From the human T2T-CHM13v2.0 reference genome, Homo sapiens, in the NCBI RefSeq assembly GCF_009914755.1, contig NC_060925.1: a DNA stretch of 64,000 nt, one strand, 5' to 3'. Both the position numbers and the translations under genes were made by a program. Below are positions 56,471-64,000 of the stretch, one piece after another. Every line of letters begins with the position of its first letter. Within the stretch, counting starts at the first letter, position 1. Under the pieces are notes generated by a model. The model was not told the origin of the DNA, did no database searches, and was given only the letters and a program-made list of their open reading frames with translations.

Positions 56471-59299
56471 CTACAAAGCTTCTGGGAATTTGAAAAGGAA
56501 TTTGGTAAATATTACACAATATTTTATTACTTTTTAAAAGAGGAAGAAAAGAGAACCAAGTTGTCCTAAAAATGTTTACATCTGCTAACATTTCACAAAT
56601 TTTAGAAGAAAAAAGTTATTTATGTTGTGACCTTATAGAATAATTAAAAATTCTATGACTTAAATTTTATTTTAAAAGGTTGAAGTTGGTATGCTTCCTG
56701 GAAGAAGAAAAAAAATAAGGACATTTTTGGAGTGAGAGAAACAGGCAGTCTTGAAAGTCAAATGGTAAATTGGAAAACCCATAAGGAATTACACCAGTGA
56801 TTCATTAATAATGAATATTTAGTGTTTGAATATAGGCTCAAATTGAGAAAAGAGATAGCTTGTACAGTGGATGTAATAAAGCTGTTGGTGGCCTAATATG
56901 TTGCGAGTGTTTGTCACCTACAACAATGCATTCTTTAAAGATGTCTAACACAAAAAAAATCTCCCAAGCGAATTTATTGACTAAAACCAGTTCCACAGAA
57001 CCAATTAGTATCTTACACAGCCTGCCCTGCAAGGCTTATGAGGCCATCCATCACCTGTCCATTTAACTATTTAGCATTTGTTCCAGCAATTTATCACTGT
57101 GTCAGAATGCTAGCATTTCAGAATGGGAGTTTTTGGTTGAAAGAAATCTAACTCAGATACTGCGGATATTTCTCCTTTAATAAGACTTACAGAAGATTTA
57201 TGTTTCTATTATATTTAACCTTAAACATCTTATCTGGAGGGTGAGGTTAATGCTTTGTACTGCAGATATTTCAAATTTAAATCAATTGTTTTATGTGAAT
57301 CTTAAAATATGCAATACAAAATTAATTTAAATTTCAGCAATTAAGAGTTAACATCACTTAGAGTGCTAACATCACAATGCAGCTTAACTCACAGCTTCTG
57401 GGATTACTTTTTATCATTTTCCCAATTCAATCATTTGCTTTTATATTCTTTTCTCATACCTTTCTTAATTTCACAGTACCAAATGTATTATATTGTAGTT
57501 ACCACTATGCAAAAAAAAAAAAAAGTCTGCGTTGCTCTTAATATTATGCCACCCAGCTAGACTTGGAAATGTAGACATATTTAATGGTGGAAAATTTGCT
57601 GCAACATTGCAATTAAATTACATGTAATTTACAAACAAATGTGTACCCATTTCAAGCTTGGTTGTTGATTACAGATAATAGTCAACTGCTTAATTTTTCT
57701 CTCAGAAAATGCCAAATAAATATCATAACAGTATAATTTTAAACATGCTGGCTACTTGGTGTAGAGAAAATTACCCAGAATCATGAAGCAAAGAGCTGTA
57801 GCAAAACATAATTTGTGAAATGATTCCACATAGTACAACCATTATATAAAACTATAAATTCTATGTAGTTAATTTTAAAACTCAGACATTTTACTGCTTT
57901 AGGCGTGCTAACTTAATGAAAAGTATTCCGATATCTAACCTTTAAATTTGATTAAAAATATAACGCATCTTTTTGCTGTGGAAACAGATATGTAGGCAGC
58001 CTGTTTTCCAACTACCCTATAGGTTCACCTGATTAAGATTTCTAATGCAAAAGAAGAAGCAAGATGCTGGGGACTCAAATGCCATCTCTGCATCCTGAAT
58101 GTTGTTAGCAGATCCCATGGCATTTCTCACAAACTTTCAATGTGTGCTTGTCACTAAGCTCTATCCCAGAGATAAAACAGAAAATGTAAACTCCTGTGGG
58201 AAGAGAGTTGAGTAAAAAGCTTTCCTGAAGCCCTCAGAGTAATGTGTTCTGTCTATTACCGAAGCTTCAATCAGCAATTTCATCCCTCTTACCTAACACA
58301 ATTCAGAGTTTGACATGGATGGATGTTAGGTTGGAGTAAGGAATGCACAATATAAATGTCTATGCATATGTGTGCATCCATGCACATGTGAGGGTTCAAA
58401 ACTAATCTTCATGTTTAAGACATTGCTAATTCCATCACCTCAAAATATTCATGTTTAATATTGTGTGTTGCTATTTAGAAAATATACATAACTTTATTTT
58501 AAAGGGTAGAAAAAATAGGGAAATATTTTCGAGGATTATTAGTTTAAATTTTTTATATCTGTAAATACATATGACACATATATTACATTTCTGCATTATT
58601 TGAAATTTTTATTTTCAAAATAAGGCTAGAAAATAAACAATGTAACAGAGTTTTTTTCACTGTTGACTAAAATAATAACAGCAAGATATTCCCTTAAGCA
58701 CTTGTTAAATAAAAAGTAGATATCTGACAAAATTGTTTAGGTTCAATTCTCATTGAAGAAGACTAATAGCTGGGTAAGCAGGCTGAAATAGAATTCAGGG
58801 AAGAAATACTGCTGAAGAAATTCTTGAGAAATTGTTATCTTATGAGTAAAAGGGATGGAGAAACTAGAAAGAAAGAAAAGGGTGAGAAATAGCTGAGCTA
58901 ATAATGAACCGAAGCAAAGTCAACTGAAATGCCCTGGGCAGCTCCAGAAACTCCAGAATGGGGAGGATATACTGTGCTGACGACTAAAAGAAGTAATAAC
59001 TGTTTTTGTTTGTTTTGGCTATGCTGTTGTTTTTGTTTCAGAGAAATTAATTTCCTATGTGTAATTACAAGATAGTTTGGTTCTCTGATGAGCTCCCCAA
59101 GTCAGAGTAAGTATTAGAGTTTAATAAAAGGAATTGATCATGTTGAATCAAATCAATAATACAAATATTGATTGATTTCTGATATCATTTTAGACATAAG
59201 ACTTGGAAAAATTATTTTCTTCCACGTCTTATTAGATTAGCACACATAGCAGCTACACAGAAGTTATCTCTGAGTGGAAAGGACTCCCTTTATTAATTA

Positions 59300-59730
59300 T
59301 AGTAACAGTAATAATAAAAATGATAGCAACTTCCTAACTACACTCCAGTACTGCTCTTTAAATATCATAACTCATTAATCCCTTCAGTCTAAGAGTCAAG
59401 GGATTTGTCAATTAGGACACAAGTTTCACAGTTTTGGGACTAGAATTTAAGCCCAGAAAAAGCTCCAGTGCCTATCCTCTTAAGCACTAGATTAAACTCC
59501 TCTTAACAACCTAAACTATTTATAGAAAGAGGGAAACAGATACTATTTATTGAGTGCTTTAATTTTCAGATGATAGTCACTTTATAGGTGATATTTCATT
59601 TAATACTTCTCAAAATTCTGTAAGGTGATTATTATTGTCCCAGTTAAATTAAAATAAAGTAACTTATTAGTGGTTATAGCATGCTAATTGGCAAAGGAAA
59701 GATTAGAGCTCAGGTCTTTCTGACTTTTAA
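59300..59730 (-). mobile_element. Degraded MIR fragments (two)
   Basis: ACTATTTATTGAGTGCTT...TTCTGTAAGGTGATTTATTATTGTCCC; GGGACTAGAATTTAAGCCCAG. Confidence 0.6.
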
Positions 59731-60687
59731 GGTGCAAATTTGTTCGTGTTTTCAACGAGTGAACAAAATATTATTGCCTGTAGACAGCCTTGGTTTTATT
59801 TTTAATTCCATCTATAAGTTTCCTAGTAGCTACAACCTGTATGTAGAAGCATAAGTTAACATGATGGATACCCAAATATTTTACTGCGATAGAAAATGTT
59901 TGGGCTATATAGGCACATATCTTTCTCAAATATGGTTTATATAATTTAAAGTATAAATTTATAAATTTTTGTTAAAACTTGGAAGAAAGTAGGCACAATA
60001 TAGAAATGTAGATTTTCTTTCTTATCAAGATCAATTTGAGTGGCCATCCCTAGTTTCTTCAAAAATCTTCAAGAAGGCAGAGAGAAATAAATGTTCTTTA
60101 TGAACTATATGCAATGCAAGCCTTAATTAAATAATGAATATATAGGCATGAATGCAAAACTATTGCCTTAGAGGAAATAGTTATATTGTTTTAGGGAAAG
60201 CAGAAAGATAGCTCCTTGACGACTTGGATTCTCTCCTACTAAGCATGTTATCTCCAGAACTAATAATAGTGCCTGTCACATAGTATATACTTGACTGACC
60301 ATTTGTTAAAAAATAAGACTCAGCACAGTTATGGCTAAAGGACCTGGAAATGGTTAAACAACATCAATTATTAAGTGTACCAATTTAAAGCATGCTAAAT
60401 GCTCTATTTGTTCATGGGGCACTTTTTAAATTTTGTTGAGTAGGGCGGGAATGGGGGAGAGATGTGAGAGGAAAAATTGGTGTTCTAATGTCTTAATAGT
60501 GATCATTCAAATCTATTGTAGAAATCTTGTGGCTGCTCACACTACCACTGTAGTGCCACATCACTACGACCAATTAGATGGTAGGGTTTGTATAAAGTAA
60601 TTTGCAATGAAAACGCTTAAAATTCTATTTGAAGAAAAAGCAGAGCAGAAAGTGCTGGATATGATCTAGAAATAAGCAGAGAAAATT

Positions 60688-60715
60688 GTGTGTGATTGTG
60701 TGTGTGTGTATTAAT

Positions 60716-60766
<51 letters not shown>
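60688..60766. repeat. Interrupted (TG)n followed by a ~(AT)24 microsatellite
   Basis: Direct read. Confidence 0.97.
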
Positions 60767-60769
<3 letters not shown>

Positions 60770-61041
60770 TGAGGAGGCTTTAAACATCAATGCTTTCCCC
60801 CTCCTCCTATAAGTAACATTTGACTTAAGCCAGAGCTAATATTGTCAAATGAGCAAACATTCATAGATAAATGCCTCACATCTGGCAATGTGAAGTTAGC
60901 TGACATTTACTTGGTACAATGGAGCAGGGATTAAATCAGATAGAATCTCACAGGATCTAACATTGGTACATTTTTCTCTGCAGTATTTTAGTTGTTTTTG
61001 AAGACAAGCCGAAAAATTCATTATTAACTAGGAGGTGAAAA

Positions 61042-62609
61042 GAGGAAATCATATATTATTTATATTTTTCACTTATTTTTCTTATTATGTCAATAGGTAC
61101 ATATTGTAACAAAAATGGAAAGCACAGACGTGAATTGTAGATAATTTGAAAAGTGCAGGAGCATGTAAACAAGAAAGAAAAATAGGTCATAACTCCTAAT
61201 TCAGGCACAGGCACTCGTAAAATGTTGATGTTTTTCTCTACAGTATTTTCTATGTGTGCAAAGAGAAATAATAGATATGGTGAAAGAAATACGTACATAG
61301 ATAAATGGAGAAATAGATGGCAGATTTACATGTATGCATAAACATATTTTTAAAAACTAAAATCAAAATTATATAAAGTTTTTGTGAGTTGCATTAATTG
61401 CAAATATACACTGAATATTTTCTAATATCATTTCATAGCATTATGAAACATGTTTAGCTATTGCATATTATTTCATTACCATCAATTTATCTTATAACAA
61501 GATGCCATTAAGGGTCATAAGAAAATTTACAAATTCAATTTATAATGATCACCTTGATTATACCTTAGAGCATGAAATGTTGAGTACATTTAAGAATTTG
61601 CAGTTATAATCTAGGCAGATTATGTCAGTGTTCTAAACCACTGCTGTGAATGTGAAGATGGAAAAATTTGAAAAATTAAGCGTAAGAATTCTTTAGGGAA
61701 CTGGGTAGATGGTTGTTGGTGTTTCATTTTGTTTGGGAATTCAAGAAAAGTTACACTGTTTTTTGCAGTAAGTCACATGAGAATGATCATTTCAATTGAT
61801 TCGGAAGGAGAATCAGATAAATAATAGAAAGTCTTGGTGAATATATAGTTTAAATTAAGAAAGATGTCACCAACTGGATAAAGAAAAATTAAAGAGGGAG
61901 GAAGCCTGAATGAGGAGAGAATACAGCATCTAGGAAATAATTCCTTACATGATTTTAAGGAGAGATATCATAAGACTAAGTTTAAAATGTCAAGGAGGAT
62001 AGAAGGTTATAATTAAGGAGGACGTTTTTGATAAATATAAGAGAATGCATGTAACGTATATCAAATTTTTAAGACATAATTACACAAGAAACACTAGTAA
62101 TTCCAAATCCAACAGAAGTATTGGACCACCACCAGAACTGTTGAATGAACTCATGTTTTCTTCTTCTTTCCCACCTTCTTAGCCCTTAGAGTTAAGTATT
62201 TATGTAATTTTTAATTTATTATTACCTTGTTTCATTAAACATGTGTTTTTACCAAGTAAATGTTTTCTCTTGTTCTACTTAGCATCTATTCTAATCCTTC
62301 AATCATACAAAAACTTTATGCTTTTGACTAACATGAGGAAATCATATATTACCTTTTTATTTTCCTTATTATGTCAATGAACATAATAAGAAAATACAAT
62401 ACGTATAGTAACAAAAATAGAAAGCACAGAAGTGAATTGTAGATAATTTGAAAAGAGCAGGAGCATGCAAACAAGAAAGAAAAGTAGGTCATAACTCCTA
62501 ATTCAGGAGCAAACACTCTTAAAATGTTGATATTTTTCTTTACACTATTTTCTATGTGTGTAAAGAGATATAATAGATAGGTGAAAGAAACAAAAATAGA
62601 GATTGGAGA
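61042..62609 (+). repeat. Local dispersed direct duplication: 61042-61311 and 62335-62609
   Basis: About 15 mismatches over the central ~170 bp by eye; also visible as paralogous track ORFs 61056..61298 and 62349..62618. Confidence 0.95.
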
Positions 62610-62619
62610 CACTCTCATC

Positions 62620-63720
62620 CTTCATCTCTTCTGAAAGGGTAGACACAAAGTGTAACAGTCATGGTAACCATCTCAACTCCAGGAATTCCAGACAACATCT
62701 CTTCTTCCTTAGTTATGGATACAGCTTCTAGTGATCTTTGGATGATCTATGAGAGTAAAGTTAAGCATTACCAGAAAGCCTTATTCCAAATAAGAGAGAA
62801 ATTTATTTCAGCAAACATACATAGAAGAAAATACATAAATGGATAATAGTTTGTTTGATGGAAATATAACAGAAATATACTCTGGTAATGCAGTTTATAT
62901 TTTGCAGTTGATCAAAAGGCTATAGTTGATATTTATTGTTCCCTTTGGTATTTACCTACACCTTTTTTTCCATCACCCTCAGGTAACATCTCAGCTGTTT
63001 AGAATTATCTGCTTCATGGGGTAAGTTAAATTACTTTTGAAGGACCTGAGTCCATTATGATCTGCATTTATTGGATTCCTGTATTTTTCTATTGACATCT
63101 ACCATTTACCATGGAAGTTTCAAGAGGTACTCAGGAAAGGATTTAGATTCCATTCATAGTTTACCCTGCCTCTGTTGAGCACAAGCAGCCTTATTTCACT
63201 TTGGTATGTGGAATCAATCATTCTGTCCTATCTTTGGTTCAATGGCATGTGGATCTTGTTGTCACACTCAACGTAAAATAGCAAGACCAATGTCACAAGC
63301 CATATTGAAAGTTTTTCTCCAATAAGAACTAATAACCCTAGATAAAAAAAAATCTAAGACTGTGAGAAAAGAAAAAAAAATATTTTGTGAGCTAATAGTT
63401 AAATGATTTAGTAAGAGGGACCATGCACACTTCCTCTCCTTACTTTTCAGACTTGTGTATTCTGATTATGAAAGAAATAACACCATATATTACATTGTGT
63501 AGGACAGTACCTACCTTCACTGGACTGTTTTAGCAGGTGCCATAACTGAATTTTCAATAAGCCATTTCACCATTCTATTAAAAGTATTACAGGAAGAGAA
63601 ACTAAATCTGTATAACTTTCTCCTTCCATAATCTCCCACCAAGAGCCTGATTGATCTCCCAAAGCAAGCACCATGTCATAGGTTCCGCATTGGCCTTTGA
63701 TTTTAGGTTTGGCACAGGAG
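62620..63720 (-). mobile_element. Ancient ERVL-class internal (integrase/3' region) remnant
   Basis: Minus strand ~63590-63535 reads LIEW*NGLLKIQLW, similar to the ERVL integrase motif IERWNGLLKTQL; 63030-63140 resembles ERVL 3' internal sequence. Confidence 0.6.
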
Positions 63721-63789
63721 TAATTCTTCCATTCATTGCTTGGCCAGAGTCTGCAGGACAGGTTTGGCAGCATTGTATCCTTGTCTTCA

Positions 63790-64000
63790 AAGCAGCATGC
63801 TCCCTTTTGGCCCAGGATGTGTCTAGAAATGTTAACTGAAAGCTATGATATGGAAAGGGTGACTCACAACTCTGATTGTTGCCCTACTTTCCTGTGTCTG
63901 ATTTGGTATCAGAATGATGCACAAAAAAGTCCTCTTTCCTCTCCTCTCCTCAAGAGGAAGAAAGGGGTCTGTTTTGAAGCCATGAGCTGTGCTGCCTGGG
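63790..64000 (-). mobile_element. L1MA-type 5'UTR fragment, antisense, continuing beyond the window
   Basis: TGGCCCAGGATGTGTCTAGAAATG...CTCCTCTCCTCAAG is reverse-homologous to 21480-21680. Confidence 0.82.

Noticed and set aside
56352-56591. Lys/Arg/Glu-rich ORF
   Set aside because: It is a translation of the CT-rich low-complexity tract.
61056-62618. Two paralogous hydrophobic ORFs as a small gene family
   Set aside because: They reflect the local DNA duplication of AT-rich TE-like sequence; the termini diverge and there is no coding evidence.

Overview
This is primate (anthropoid, probably catarrhine or human) nuclear DNA. It is AT-rich and CpG-depleted, and consists mostly of interspersed repeats. 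These are L1PA/L1PB/L1MA and older L1M elements, four Alus (two AluJ, one AluS, one AluY), a complete THE1A provirus, a degraded MLT1J provirus, solo LTRs, DNA-transposon fossils (MER44, MER45, MER58, MER82), MIR/L2 and an ERVL-internal remnant. I can support no cellular protein-coding gene, RNA gene, CpG island or CRISPR array. Every ORF in the track is a TE remnant or looks like a chance ORF. I found no convincing new biological system. The best observations are scars of mutational mechanisms: (1) three 5'-inverted (twin-primed) L1s with target-site duplications (TSDs); (2) a TSD-bounded ~8.9 kb composite of several L1 subfamilies; (3) two fold-back events and one deletion at the same homologous site of L1 ORF2 in three unrelated copies; (4) two non-tandem local duplications of ~250-270 bp; (5) a perfect ~60 bp tandem duplication carrying a CA microsatellite. 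Subfamily names come from recalled consensus sequences, not from a database search. Boundaries of old elements are approximate.
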